In this document: piece by piece, positions 18,578 to 27,209 of the stretch | Position numbering within the stretch: position 1 is the first letter of the stretch | How the letters are laid out: the number at the start of each line of letters is the position of its first letter | The notes under the pieces: model-generated | Database searches by the model: none | Told to the model about the DNA's origin: nothing | Seen by the model: the letters and a program-made list of their open reading frames with translations, nothing else | Assembly: GCA_036782775.1 (NCBI GenBank) | Contig: DAIPYJ010000006.1 | Span: forward strand, 4,289-68,288 | Length of the DNA stretch: 64,000 nucleotides | Reading direction: 5' to 3' | Origin: Candidatus Dormiibacterota bacterium | GTDB taxonomy: Bacteria > Chloroflexota > Dormibacteria > CF-121 | Made by a program: the position numbers and the translations under genes

Positions 18578-19216
18578 CTCTGGGTCTTCGAGCGCCAGGC
18601 CTTCGGCCTCGGCTATGCCTGCGTCGCGGGGGTTGACGAAGCGGGGAGGGGACCGTGGGCCGGACCGGTGGTCGCCGGGGCCGCCATTATGCGGCCGTAC
18701 TTCCATTGCGAGGGCATCGACGACTCCAAGCTCCTGACGGCGGAAGAGCGCGACCGCTACTACGACTGCATCCTCGAAGGCGCCGAGGCCTGGGGCGTCG
18801 GGATCGTCCAGGTCGACGAGATCGACCGCGTCGGGGTCACCCGGGCCAACCGCTGGGCAATGGGCATCGCGTTGCAGCAACTCGGCCGCCCGATCGATTA
18901 CCTGCTGATCGATGGCTTCCTGCTGCCGGAGTCACTCACCCCGCAGCTTCCGATCGTCAAGGGCGACCGTCGCTCGATCTCGATCATGTGCGGCGGAATC
19001 CTGGCGAAGGTCACGCGCGACCGGCTGATGGTCCGGCTCGCGGAAAAGTTTCCCGGCTACGGCTTCGAGGTGCACAAGGGTTATCCGACGCCCGAGCACC
19101 TCTCGGCGATGGACCGGCACGGGCTGAGCCCGCTCCACCGGCGGTCGTTCATCTCGATTCGGACCCGCGCGGAACTCGAGGCTGCCGCCTACGCCAGTCA
19201 ATCCGCTCGGCCTTAG
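18578..19216 (+). CDS. rnhB: ribonuclease HII
   Basis: VAGVDEAGRGPWAGPVV catalytic motif, DDSKLL, KGD. No canonical start in frame between 18482 and 18650. In-frame TTG 18464 or ATG 18419 would add a Lys/Pro/Ala-rich N-extension overlapping rplS. Start unresolved. Confidence 0.8.
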   Translation, partial: LWVFERQAFGLGYACVAGVDEAGRGPWAGPVVAGAAIMRPYFHCEGIDDSKLLTAEERDRYYDCILEGAEAWGVGIVQVDEIDRVGVTRANRWAMGIALQQLGRPIDYLLIDGFLLPESLTPQLPIVKGDRRSISIMCGGILAKVTRDRLMVRLAEKFPGYGFEVHKGYPTPEHLSAMDRHGLSPLHRRSFISIRTRAELEAAAYASQSARP

Positions 19217-19544
19217 CGGCGAGGCACTGGCAGCGGACCACCTCCGTGGTCTGGGCTACGAAATCATTGCCGCCGACGTCCGGACGCCGTTGGGGCAGCT
19301 CGACCTGGTGGCGCGCGACGGACAGACGCTCGTCTTCGTCGAGGTCAAGACGCGCGCCGGGCATGGCTTCGGCCTCCCCCAGGAGTCGGTCGACGCCCGG
19401 AAGATCCGGAAGCTTCGCCAGCTCGCGCTGTACTACTTAAAACTGCGGCCCCACCGCGGCCCGGTGCGCTTTGACGTCATCGGCCTCACCATGCGCGAGG
19501 GCCGCCTGTCGCGCGTCGACCACATCCGAAACGCGATCGACTAG
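19212..19544 (+). CDS. yraN: YraN/UPF0102 family endonuclease-like protein
   Basis: GEALAADHLRGLGYEIIAADVRTPLGQLDLVARDGQTLVFVEVKTR, typical YraN. Conserved N-terminus lies upstream of first canonical start (TTG 19290). Confidence 0.7.
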   Translation, partial: LSGEALAADHLRGLGYEIIAADVRTPLGQLDLVARDGQTLVFVEVKTRAGHGFGLPQESVDARKIRKLRQLALYYLKLRPHRGPVRFDVIGLTMREGRLSRVDHIRNAID

Positions 19545-19553
19545 GTTCCGAGA

Positions 19554-20177
19554 TCAGCGGTTGGCCTCGTCCCAGGCCTTGAGGAACTGGTAGACCACGC
19601 GTCCGGTCGCGCCCCAGATCACGTCCTCCCCAACCGAGTAATAGTGGATGCGGTAACGCTGATCGTCCAAGATGCGGGTCTCGGTGCTGTGAACGTCGCC
19701 GTCTTGCAACCTCGATAGCGCCACCAGAAATACGCTGCGAACCTCGTCCGGCGCGAGGATCAGGTTTTCGACGCCGCCTTCGACCACCCCGACGACCGGC
19801 GTGATCACGAACCCGCTGACCGAGGTGAAGACGTCGTCGAGCTCACCCAGCACGGTGACCCGAGACGGTTCCAGACCGATCTCCTCGTAGCTCTCGCGAA
19901 GTGCCGTCTCCACGATTTGCTGATCCGACTCCTCCTGCTGGCCTCCGGGAAACGAGATCTGGCCTTTGTGGGTTAGCACGGTGTCGGTCCGCCGCGTGAA
20001 GAGCAACTCCGGCCCGGCGGCGCCGATGAAGATCGGCACGAGCACGCCGGCGCGGGCGAGCGGCGGCTCGACCTCGATGTCGCGTCGCAGTCGTTCATGC
20101 AGAAGTCGCTGAAGCCGATCAAGACGATCCGCGGTGTGGGCGTCCCGGTGCAACGCCGGCCGCGCCCTTAGGTCCAT
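19554..20177 (-). CDS. Nudix hydrolase, CoA pyrophosphatase-like
   Basis: Nudix box GGQQEESDQQIVETALRESYEEIGL and upstream ISFPGG. Probable start MDLRARP (20177). The longer ORF to 20318 is a GC-driven extension. Confidence 0.75.
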   Translation of the reverse strand: MDLRARPALHRDAHTADRLDRLQRLLHERLRRDIEVEPPLARAGVLVPIFIGAAGPELLFTRRTDTVLTHKGQISFPGGQQEESDQQIVETALRESYEEIGLEPSRVTVLGELDDVFTSVSGFVITPVVGVVEGGVENLILAPDEVRSVFLVALSRLQDGDVHSTETRILDDQRYRIHYYSVGEDVIWGATGRVVYQFLKAWDEANR

Positions 20178-20353
20178 GCCTCGAACGAGACCGGGACCTG
20201 GTGGCCGCAGTGGGTGCACACCCAAACCTGGCCACGCCGGGTGACGGTTCTGCCGTCGTCGAGCCGCACCGACTGATCCGGTCCGCTGATCCGTTCCCAG
20301 CGCGGCATGTGCTTGCACTGGTCGCAGACGGTCGGCGGGGGGTTCGCCTTCAC
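20168..20353 (-). CDS. small C4 zinc-ribbon protein (about 62 aa)
   Basis: CDQC ... CTHC pairs. GTG start at 20353 lies 8 nt after the acetyltransferase stop, with GAGG 5 nt upstream. 10-nt overlap with Nudix start. Confidence 0.4.
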   Translation of the reverse strand: MKANPPPTVCDQCKHMPRWERISGPDQSVRLDDGRTVTRRGQVWVCTHCGHQVPVSFEAWT

Positions 20354-20360
20354 GCCTCGA

Positions 20361-20918
20361 TTATCTCCGGCGATCCAGACGCTCCAGCGCTCGGAGCACG
20401 CGCGCCGGGTTGCCGCCTGCAATCACGCCGGCGGGAATGTCGCTGAGGACGACCGCCTGGATCCCGATTACGGAGTCACGGCCGATCCTCACGCCGGGCA
20501 GCACGGAGACCTGGCCGCCGATCCAGACGTTGTCCTCGATCAGGACGGGTTGTGGCGCGGGCGGTTGCCGCCGATCGACTGGCGATTCGGAGTAGTCGAG
20601 GTGGTCGCGGACTTCACAGGATCCGAGCACGCAATCGGCGCCCACGTCGATCCGATCGGCGGCGATCAGGGTGCAGCCGTTGAGCCTGGCATTGGCGCCG
20701 ATGCGGATCGTGGCTTCGGGCCGGGTCGTGATCAGCCGGTTCACCTCGGCGTGGGACCACGCATTAACTCCCGTTTCCAGGACGACACGACCCGGGCCGC
20801 TGAGCCGCAGCCGACCGTTGCCGAGCAGCCCTGGGCCTATCGCGTGGCGCGACTGCAGCCTGTAGGGCATCGTTGTGATCCAACCCAGCGCGCGAGCCGC
20901 GCGGCGTTTCCAGTTCAC
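20361..20918 (-). CDS. left-handed beta-helix (hexapeptide-repeat) sugar O-acetyltransferase, Maa/LacA-like
   Basis: C-terminal IEDNVWIGGQVSVLPGVRIGRDSVIGIQAVVLSDIPAGVIAGGNPARVLR matches maltose/galactoside acetyltransferases. Possible start M17 (20870). Confidence 0.75.
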   Translation of the reverse strand: MNWKRRAARALGWITTMPYRLQSRHAIGPGLLGNGRLRLSGPGRVVLETGVNAWSHAEVNRLITTRPEATIRIGANARLNGCTLIAADRIDVGADCVLGSCEVRDHLDYSESPVDRRQPPAPQPVLIEDNVWIGGQVSVLPGVRIGRDSVIGIQAVVLSDIPAGVIAGGNPARVLRALERLDRRR

Positions 20919-20951
20919 GGTTTTGTCGACCTCGCAAGCGTAATCGGATAT

Positions 20952-22196
20952 TTACGCGGCGGCGAGCTGATCCGGCGCTCGCGCCGGATGCAGAAAGTCG
21001 TAGCTAGGGGCCACGCTGCGCAGCTCCCCATCGGTAGCGCGGACCAGCTGCCACCCACCCTCATGCACCATCCAGTGGTGGCGAAGGCAGAGCAGAACCA
21101 GGTTCGAGAGGTCGGTCGCTCCACCGGCGACCCAATGCACAAGGTGATGGGCCGCCGTCCATGACGCCGGGCGCTCGCATCCTGGCCACTGGCAGTGCTC
21201 GTCCCGAGCATTGAGAGCACGCCGCATGGCACCGGAGACGACCCGCCGGGCGCGGCCCGCTTCCAAGACGACTTTCGCCGGTCCGAACACGACTCGCGCG
21301 ATCGACGAGTCGCAGGCAATGCGCTGTACGGTCTGGCTCGACACGGGTTGCGAGAATTCGAGGTCGGCGGCGGGCGACCCGCTCAATCCCCGGAGCGTCT
21401 CGAGCGTGGTCGTCACCTGCAGATGAGGCCGCTGACTGGCCCGATGCGGTAAGCGGCCGCCATCTAAGGCCAGCGTGGCCATCTCCACCAGGGCGTCCGC
21501 CTGACGGCGGTCGAGACAGCGGTCGTCGCCTTGCCCACTGCGCTGGGCCAAGGGCTCGAGGGCGGTTCGCAAGGTGGCGGCGCCGATGGAATCGAGTTGA
21601 CCGCTGATCAGCGAGCAGCCGTTTTCAAGTGGCATGATCTTCAGCCACCGCTCCTCAGCGGCTATGCGCTGTTCTTCGGCGACCGCCGCGGCGTTGAGCG
21701 CATGCCGCACGCGCACGCAGTAGTGCCAGAAGCGGCCAGGCGTCGAGCACTTTGCCTTCTCCAGCAGCTCATCCTCGGGAAAATCGATCTCGGCTGGGAT
21801 TCGCTCAACCGAGCGCAGCGTGCTTGCCATGACGGACAGATGCGCAAAGCCGATCTCCCCTGCCGTAACGGCGTCGGCGCTTTTCGTTAGCGCGCCAAGG
21901 TGCTTGCCAACGTTGAGGCGGTCAGCAGCGACCCCGTACTGCATCTTGCATTCCTGCCGGAGCCAATGGACCGGATCATCGCCTGGGTCACCTTCATTGA
22001 AAGCCCTCGATTCGACCAAGGCCGCCGCATCGATGGAGAACCTCAGCTCGACGTAATCAGCCACCTGCCGCTCGAGGACGAGCCTCTGCGCGTAGTCCTC
22101 AGGCTCGAGATCTTGGAAAAGCTCCCCCAGGAATGCGGCCGTCTTTCGCGCGATGCTCGCGTCGCCCGCCTGCCGATTCCCCCCTTCCCCCATCAT
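20952..22196 (-). CDS. DUF222 + HNH endonuclease domain protein (REP13E12-like family)
   Basis: C-terminal HNH ..DEHCQWPGCERPASWTAAHHLVHWVAGGATDLSNLVLLCLRHHWMVH... N-terminal about 300 aa DUF222-like. Only DUF222/HNH gene seen in window. Confidence 0.8.
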   Translation of the reverse strand: MMGEGGNRQAGDASIARKTAAFLGELFQDLEPEDYAQRLVLERQVADYVELRFSIDAAALVESRAFNEGDPGDDPVHWLRQECKMQYGVAADRLNVGKHLGALTKSADAVTAGEIGFAHLSVMASTLRSVERIPAEIDFPEDELLEKAKCSTPGRFWHYCVRVRHALNAAAVAEEQRIAAEERWLKIMPLENGCSLISGQLDSIGAATLRTALEPLAQRSGQGDDRCLDRRQADALVEMATLALDGGRLPHRASQRPHLQVTTTLETLRGLSGSPAADLEFSQPVSSQTVQRIACDSSIARVVFGPAKVVLEAGRARRVVSGAMRRALNARDEHCQWPGCERPASWTAAHHLVHWVAGGATDLSNLVLLCLRHHWMVHEGGWQLVRATDGELRSVAPSYDFLHPARAPDQLAAA

Positions 22197-22207
22197 CAAC
22201 GCTTAGC

Positions 22208-22236
22208 ATTATATCGAACATATGTTCGGCTGTCAA
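22208..22236 (-). promoter_or_regulatory. consensus sigma-70 promoter TTGACA-N17-TATAAT (minus strand) with a perfect LexA/Cheo box CGAACATATGTTCG in the spacer. Drives the HNH/DUF222 gene
   Basis: Minus-strand read cgcTTGACAgccgaacatatgttcgaTATAATgctaagcgTTGATGATG. -35 at 22231-22236, SOS box at 22215-22228, -10 at 22208-22213, start codons 11-14 nt downstream (near-leaderless). Confidence 0.6.
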
Positions 22237-22314
22237 GCGTTGGCGACGTCCCCCCGAGCGATTGGCCCGGATAACTTGTCGATACAGATACACAGTTTAG
22301 TGTAAGATGCGCTG

Positions 22315-23823
22315 GTGCTGGCCAGGGCGCTCTCTGGGAGCCTCTTCGGCCTGGAAGGGGTTCGGGTCGAGGTAGAGGCCGACATCGCCGACGGGCTCCC
22401 CGGCTTTCACATCGTCGGGCTGGGCGATCGCTCGCTCCAGGAGGCGCGCGAACGCGTAAAGATCGCGATCAACAACAGCGGCTTTCAGTTCCCCGGCCGA
22501 CGCGTCACCGTCAACCTGGCGCCGGCGCAACTGCCGAAAGAGGGGACCGGATTCGACCTCGCGATGGCGGCTGCGATCGTCAACGCCGCCGACGAGCGAA
22601 GCCTTCCGGCGGATACCGCCTGGCTGGGTGAGCTGGCGCTCGACGGATCGATCCGCCCGATCCGCGGGACGCTGGCCATCACCGCGCATCTGGACAAGCT
22701 TGGCGTGCGGCGCTTTTTCGTTCCGGCTGGCAACGTGGCCGAAGCCAGGATCGCGACCGGGGCCGAGGTGGTTGGCATCGATCACCTTCGCGACCTGAAA
22801 GCGCACTGGGAAGATGGCGCCCCCCTGGCCGGTTCGACTCCGACCACGTCCGCCCCGCCGACCGATCCCGCCCTTCCGGTTGACCTGGCGGAGATCCGCG
22901 GCCAGGCGCATGCGAAACGCGCGCTCGAGATCGCCGCCGCTGGAGCGCATCATCTTTTATTGGTCGGCCCGCCTGGTGCCGGCAAAACCCTGCTCGCTCG
23001 AGCCTTGACTGGGATCCTGCCGCCGCTGACGGCCTCAGAGGCGGTTGAAGTCACCTCGATCGCGTCCTGCGTCGGCAGCCTCCCAGCAGGGACTGGCCTG
23101 CTGGAGCTGCCGCCATTCCGCGCTCCGCACCACACCATCTCGGCAGCCGCGCTGATTGGTGGCGGCGGTGCGGCGCCGCGCGCCGGCGAGGTCACCAGAG
23201 CCCATCGAGGTGTCCTATTTTTGGACGAGATCACCGAGTTCCATCGGGACGCCCTCGAATCATTGCGGCAGCCGCTGGAAGAAGGCCGCGTCGCGGTCGC
23301 GCGGTCTCGCGGACATGCCGTGCTTCCGGCACGGGTCATGCTGGTCGCCGCCTCGAATCCGTGCCCCTGTGGTTTCGCCGGGGATGCAGGGCGCATCTGC
23401 GAATGCAGCCCGCCGGAGCGCCAGCGGTATCGCGCCCGGCTGTCGGGACCGATCCGCGATCGAATCGATCTGCAGGTGACGGTCCCGCGCCAGCCTGCCG
23501 GCGAGCTCTTACGCCCTGATGGCTCGCCGGAGAGCAGTCCAGCGGTCAAGGCTCGGGTGATGGCCGCGCGCGCTCGGCAGCTCGAACGTCGTCCTGATGG
23601 ACCGCTCAACGGAGGGCTGTCGGGGGCGCAGCTGCGCCGCGACGTCCAGCTCGATACCGCCAGTCAGGCGTTGCTCGAGCAAGCGGGCGAACGGTTGCAT
23701 TTGAGCGGGCGGGCCCTGCATCGGGTGCTGCGGGTGGCGCGCACCATCGCGGACCTGGACGCCAGCCCTACGGTAAACCAGGCCCACGTCGCGGAAGCGC
23801 TGCAATACCGCGAGAGCGGGTGA
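22315..23823 (+). CDS. comM: Mg-chelatase-like AAA+ ATPase ComM/YifB
   Basis: GTG start giving VLARALSG. Walker A GPPGAGKT, Walker B LFLDEITEF, C-terminal zinc-binding CPCGFAG...C.C motif. Confidence 0.85.
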   Translation: MLARALSGSLFGLEGVRVEVEADIADGLPGFHIVGLGDRSLQEARERVKIAINNSGFQFPGRRVTVNLAPAQLPKEGTGFDLAMAAAIVNAADERSLPADTAWLGELALDGSIRPIRGTLAITAHLDKLGVRRFFVPAGNVAEARIATGAEVVGIDHLRDLKAHWEDGAPLAGSTPTTSAPPTDPALPVDLAEIRGQAHAKRALEIAAAGAHHLLLVGPPGAGKTLLARALTGILPPLTASEAVEVTSIASCVGSLPAGTGLLELPPFRAPHHTISAAALIGGGGAAPRAGEVTRAHRGVLFLDEITEFHRDALESLRQPLEEGRVAVARSRGHAVLPARVMLVAASNPCPCGFAGDAGRICECSPPERQRYRARLSGPIRDRIDLQVTVPRQPAGELLRPDGSPESSPAVKARVMAARARQLERRPDGPLNGGLSGAQLRRDVQLDTASQALLEQAGERLHLSGRALHRVLRVARTIADLDASPTVNQAHVAEALQYRESG

Positions 23824-24758
23824 GCGCTCAGCAGCAAACGACCAACCTGGCAGCGGCAAACGCGTCGGCAGTCACCTGGGTCACCGACCCTGCGTATCCG
23901 CCGCTGCTCCGCCAGATTCACGACCCGCCACCGAGACTCTTCGTTGCCGGTCGCATCCCGGTCGGACCGATGATTGCGGTAATCGGGTCGCGCCGGGCGA
24001 CGCCGTACGGTCAACGGGTCGCGCACCGCCTCGGCCGCGATCTCTCTGAGGCCGGGGTGATCGTGGTCAGCGGGTTGGCGCGCGGCATCGACGCGGCGGC
24101 CCATCGCGGCGCGCTCGATGGGCCGACGCCGACGATCGCGGTGATGGCAACCGGACTCGATCGGATCTATCCGCCGGAACACAAGGAGCTCGCGCAATCG
24201 ATCGCGCGCAATGGCGCGCTGCTCACCGAGGCGGAGCCAGGAACGTTACCGTTGCCCGGATATTTCCCGGTGCGCAATCGCATCATCAGCGGCCTGAGCC
24301 TGGGCGTCGTGGTGGTGGAAGCGGCCGAGCGCAGCGGTGCCTTGATCACGGCCCGCATGGCGCTCGAGCAAGGGCGCGAGGTCTTCTGTGTGCCGGGCAG
24401 TATCGACAATCCTGTCGCCGTCGGCTCTCATCGATTGCTCAAGGACGGCGCCAAGCTGATCGAAACCGTCGAGGATGTGCTGGAAGAATTTCCACAGCTC
24501 GCGCGCGCACCTGCGCGCGCGCAGGCGCATACGCACGCGCGTACGCGTGCGCGCACGCGCGCGGATTCAGAACCGCAAGATCCGGAAGTGTTTGTCGTTT
24601 GGGAGTTGCTGGATTGGGTAGAACCGCGGCATCATGATGATCTGGCCGCCGCGCTCGGGCTGGACATCAAAGAACTGAATCGGCGCTTGACGTTACTGGA
24701 AATGAGCGGCTATATAATCGGCGACTCCGCTGGCGTCATCCGTCGACCCAAAGATTGA
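23820..24758 (+). CDS. dprA: DNA processing protein A
   Basis: VIGSRRATPYG, VVSGLARGIDAAAHRGAL, VVVEAAERSGALITA Rossmann-like DprA core. Low-complexity Ala/Arg/Thr linker, then C-terminal winged helix. Confidence 0.85.
   Translation: MSAQQQTTNLAAANASAVTWVTDPAYPPLLRQIHDPPPRLFVAGRIPVGPMIAVIGSRRATPYGQRVAHRLGRDLSEAGVIVVSGLARGIDAAAHRGALDGPTPTIAVMATGLDRIYPPEHKELAQSIARNGALLTEAEPGTLPLPGYFPVRNRIISGLSLGVVVVEAAERSGALITARMALEQGREVFCVPGSIDNPVAVGSHRLLKDGAKLIETVEDVLEEFPQLARAPARAQAHTHARTRARTRADSEPQDPEVFVVWELLDWVEPRHHDDLAAALGLDIKELNRRLTLLEMSGYIIGDSAGVIRRPKD
24490..24560. repeat. alternating purine-pyrimidine (GCGCGCAC/CGCGTACGCG) Z-DNA-prone tract with nested short palindromes, inside dprA linker
   Basis: gcgcgcgcacctgcgcgcgcgcaggcgcatacgcacgcgcgtacgcgtgcgcgcacgcgcgcg encodes ARAPARAQAHTHARTRARTRA. 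Confidence 0.5.
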
Positions 24759-24759
24759 A

Positions 24760-27081
24760 ATGGCAAACCCACTGATCATCGTCGAATCCCCCGCTAAGGC
24801 AAAGACGCTCGGCCGCTTTCTCGGCGGCAAGTACGAGATCCGTGCCTCGATGGGTCATGTTCGCGATCTACCGAAGAGCACGCTGGGCATCGACGTCGAG
24901 CACGCGTTCAAACCCGAGTACGTCACGATCCCCGGCAAAGAGTCGACCATCAAGGAACTGAAAGCTGCCGCCAAGGGCGCCTCCGAGATCTTATTGGCTT
25001 CCGATCCGGACCGCGAAGGCGAGGCAATCGCCTGGCACCTCGCGCATGTGCTGCATCTCAAGGATCCGCGGCGCATCGAGTTGCACGAGATCACCCCCGG
25101 AGCGGTGGAAAAAGCGCTCGCCGCCTTGCGCCCCATGAATCTCGACCTGGTCGACGCGCAGCAAGCCCGCCGCGTGATCGATCGGCTCGTCGGTTACAAG
25201 CTCAGTCCGCTGCTGTGGAAAAAGATCCGCAAGGGGCTCAGCGCGGGCCGGGTGCAGTCGGTTGCGGTGCGCCTGGTATGCGAGCGCGAGGAAGAGATCG
25301 AGAAGTTCGTGCCGGTCGAGTCCTGGACACTCGACGCGATGCTCAGCAAGCGCGATCTTGCCGACCGCGTCTTTTCTGCGCGGCTCATCCAGCAGGGCGA
25401 GGAGAAGCTCGAGCTCAAGGAAGAAGCGCAGGTGCAGAGGATCGTCGCCGCGCTCGAGGGCGCAACCTACACCGTGCTCGGGATCGAGACCAAGGACTCG
25501 ACGCGCAACGCGCCGCCACCCTACAAGACCAGCACCCTGCAGCAGGACGCCTCCTCACGTTTGCGCCTCAAGCCAAACCGCACTATGAGCCTGGCGCAGC
25601 AGCTGTACGAAGGCATCGAGCTCGGCAGCGAGGGGCCGGTCGGCCTCATCACCTACATGCGAACCGACTCCTTCAGGATTTCGGACGAGGCGTCGACCGC
25701 GGCTCGCCGCTTCATCACCGAGCACTACGGGCCCACCTACGCGCGCCGCGACAAGGTCGAGTTCAAATCGAAAGGCCCGGTGCAGGATGCGCACGAGGCG
25801 ATCCGGCCGACCGATGTGACCCGCACCCCCGATGCGGTTCGCCAGTATCTGACCGCCGATCAGCTGAGGCTCTATCGCCTGGTCTGGCAGCGCTTCACGG
25901 CCAGCCAGATGTCCGCCGCGCGCTTCGCGCAAACCCGCGTCGACATCGGAGCCGGCGACTACCAGTTCCGAGCGAACGGCTCGGTGCTCGTGTTCGACGG
26001 CTTCTATCGGGTGTGGGAACGCGACAGCGACAATGACGAGGAGAAGGATCTGCCTGCGCTCACCGTCGGAGAGGTCCTGAACCTCCAGGAGCTCAAGCCG
26101 GAGCAACACTTCACGCAGCCTCCGCCGCGCTACAGCGAGGCCTCATTGATCAAGGCCCTCGAGGAGCTCGGCGTCGGGCGGCCGAGCACCTTCGCCCCAA
26201 CGGTCGACGTCATCCAGACGCGCCACTACGTCAAGCAGGAGGAGCGCCGGCTCTATCCCACCGAGCTCGGCAAAACGGTCAACGCCTGGCTGATCGATCA
26301 GTTCCCGGAAATCGTCGACGTCAAGTTCACCGCCGGCATGGAGGAAGAACTTGACGACGTCGAAGAAGGGCGGCGCAAATGGGTGCCGATCGTTCGTGAG
26401 TTCTATAAGCCCTTCGCCCAAACGCTGGTCAAGGCCGAGAAGGGACCGCGCGTCAAGGTCCCCATGAAGGAGACGGGCGAAGACTGCCCGAAATGCAAAG
26501 AGGAAGGGCGAACCGGTCGCCTCGTCTATCGAATGAGCCGGCTTGGCGAGTTCATCGGCTGCTCGCTCTACCCGGAGTGCGACTACATCAAGGGCCGTGA
26601 GGGCCAGGAGAAGGCGGCCCCGCCTGAGCCAACCGGCGAGATGTGCCCCAAGTGCGGCAAGCCGCTGGTCAAGCGGACAGGCAAGCGGGGTCCGTTCGTC
26701 GCCTGCTCTGGCTATCCGAAGTGCCGCTTCGTCAAGCGAGAGATCAACCCCGAAGATGTCGTTCCCGATCGCGTCTGCCCTAAGTGCGGCAAGCAACTGC
26801 TCAACCGTAAAGGCCGCTTCGGGAGTTTCGTCGGATGCTCGGGCTATCCCGATTGCCGGTATCTGGAGGCGGGAGCCCGGACGATCAAGCCACCCGAGCC
26901 GCACGAGCTGCTGATGGACGATCCCTGCCCGCGCTGTGGCAAGCCTCAGGTACTGCGCCAGGGCCGCTACGGCGAGTTCAAGAGCTGCAGCGACTACCCG
27001 AATTGCAAGCCGGAACGAGCCGCCAAGACAACCTCGGCGCGGCGGCCAAGGGCGAAAAAGCCGACCGTGCCGGCCGCCTGA
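24760..27081 (+). CDS. topA: DNA topoisomerase I with four C-terminal C4 zinc ribbons and Lys-rich tail
   Basis: TOPRIM ESPAKAKT, catalytic region, then CPKC..C..C repeated four times. Confidence 0.9.
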   Translation: MANPLIIVESPAKAKTLGRFLGGKYEIRASMGHVRDLPKSTLGIDVEHAFKPEYVTIPGKESTIKELKAAAKGASEILLASDPDREGEAIAWHLAHVLHLKDPRRIELHEITPGAVEKALAALRPMNLDLVDAQQARRVIDRLVGYKLSPLLWKKIRKGLSAGRVQSVAVRLVCEREEEIEKFVPVESWTLDAMLSKRDLADRVFSARLIQQGEEKLELKEEAQVQRIVAALEGATYTVLGIETKDSTRNAPPPYKTSTLQQDASSRLRLKPNRTMSLAQQLYEGIELGSEGPVGLITYMRTDSFRISDEASTAARRFITEHYGPTYARRDKVEFKSKGPVQDAHEAIRPTDVTRTPDAVRQYLTADQLRLYRLVWQRFTASQMSAARFAQTRVDIGAGDYQFRANGSVLVFDGFYRVWERDSDNDEEKDLPALTVGEVLNLQELKPEQHFTQPPPRYSEASLIKALEELGVGRPSTFAPTVDVIQTRHYVKQEERRLYPTELGKTVNAWLIDQFPEIVDVKFTAGMEEELDDVEEGRRKWVPIVREFYKPFAQTLVKAEKGPRVKVPMKETGEDCPKCKEEGRTGRLVYRMSRLGEFIGCSLYPECDYIKGREGQEKAAPPEPTGEMCPKCGKPLVKRTGKRGPFVACSGYPKCRFVKREINPEDVVPDRVCPKCGKQLLNRKGRFGSFVGCSGYPDCRYLEAGARTIKPPEPHELLMDDPCPRCGKPQVLRQGRYGEFKSCSDYPNCKPERAAKTTSARRPRAKKPTVPAA

Positions 27082-27209
27082 GGAAACTCCGGGCTATACT
27101 TGGCCACGCGTAATTAAGCACGCGTTCTGACGGTGCTCGGGTTGCCTCGCACGAGGTCCGGTCGCCGGGTGAGGAGCGCGGAAGGTAAACACAGGAGGTC
27201 CATCGTCGT

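Noticed and set aside
19554-20318. Full 254-aa extent of the Nudix ORF (start 20318)
   Set aside because: The N-terminal 47 aa are Gly/Arg/Ala-rich and overlap the Zn-ribbon gene in another frame. MDLRARP at 20177 gives a normal-length Nudix protein.
24490-24560. CRISPR-like or IS-terminal repeat
   Set aside because: Lies within the dprA reading frame. It is a simple alternating GC/CA tract, not spaced direct repeats.
27090-27150. Direct ACGCGT...ACGCGT motif upstream of rpsB as a regulatory element
   Set aside because: Only two 6-7 nt copies with no clear hairpin or promoter geometry. Could be chance.
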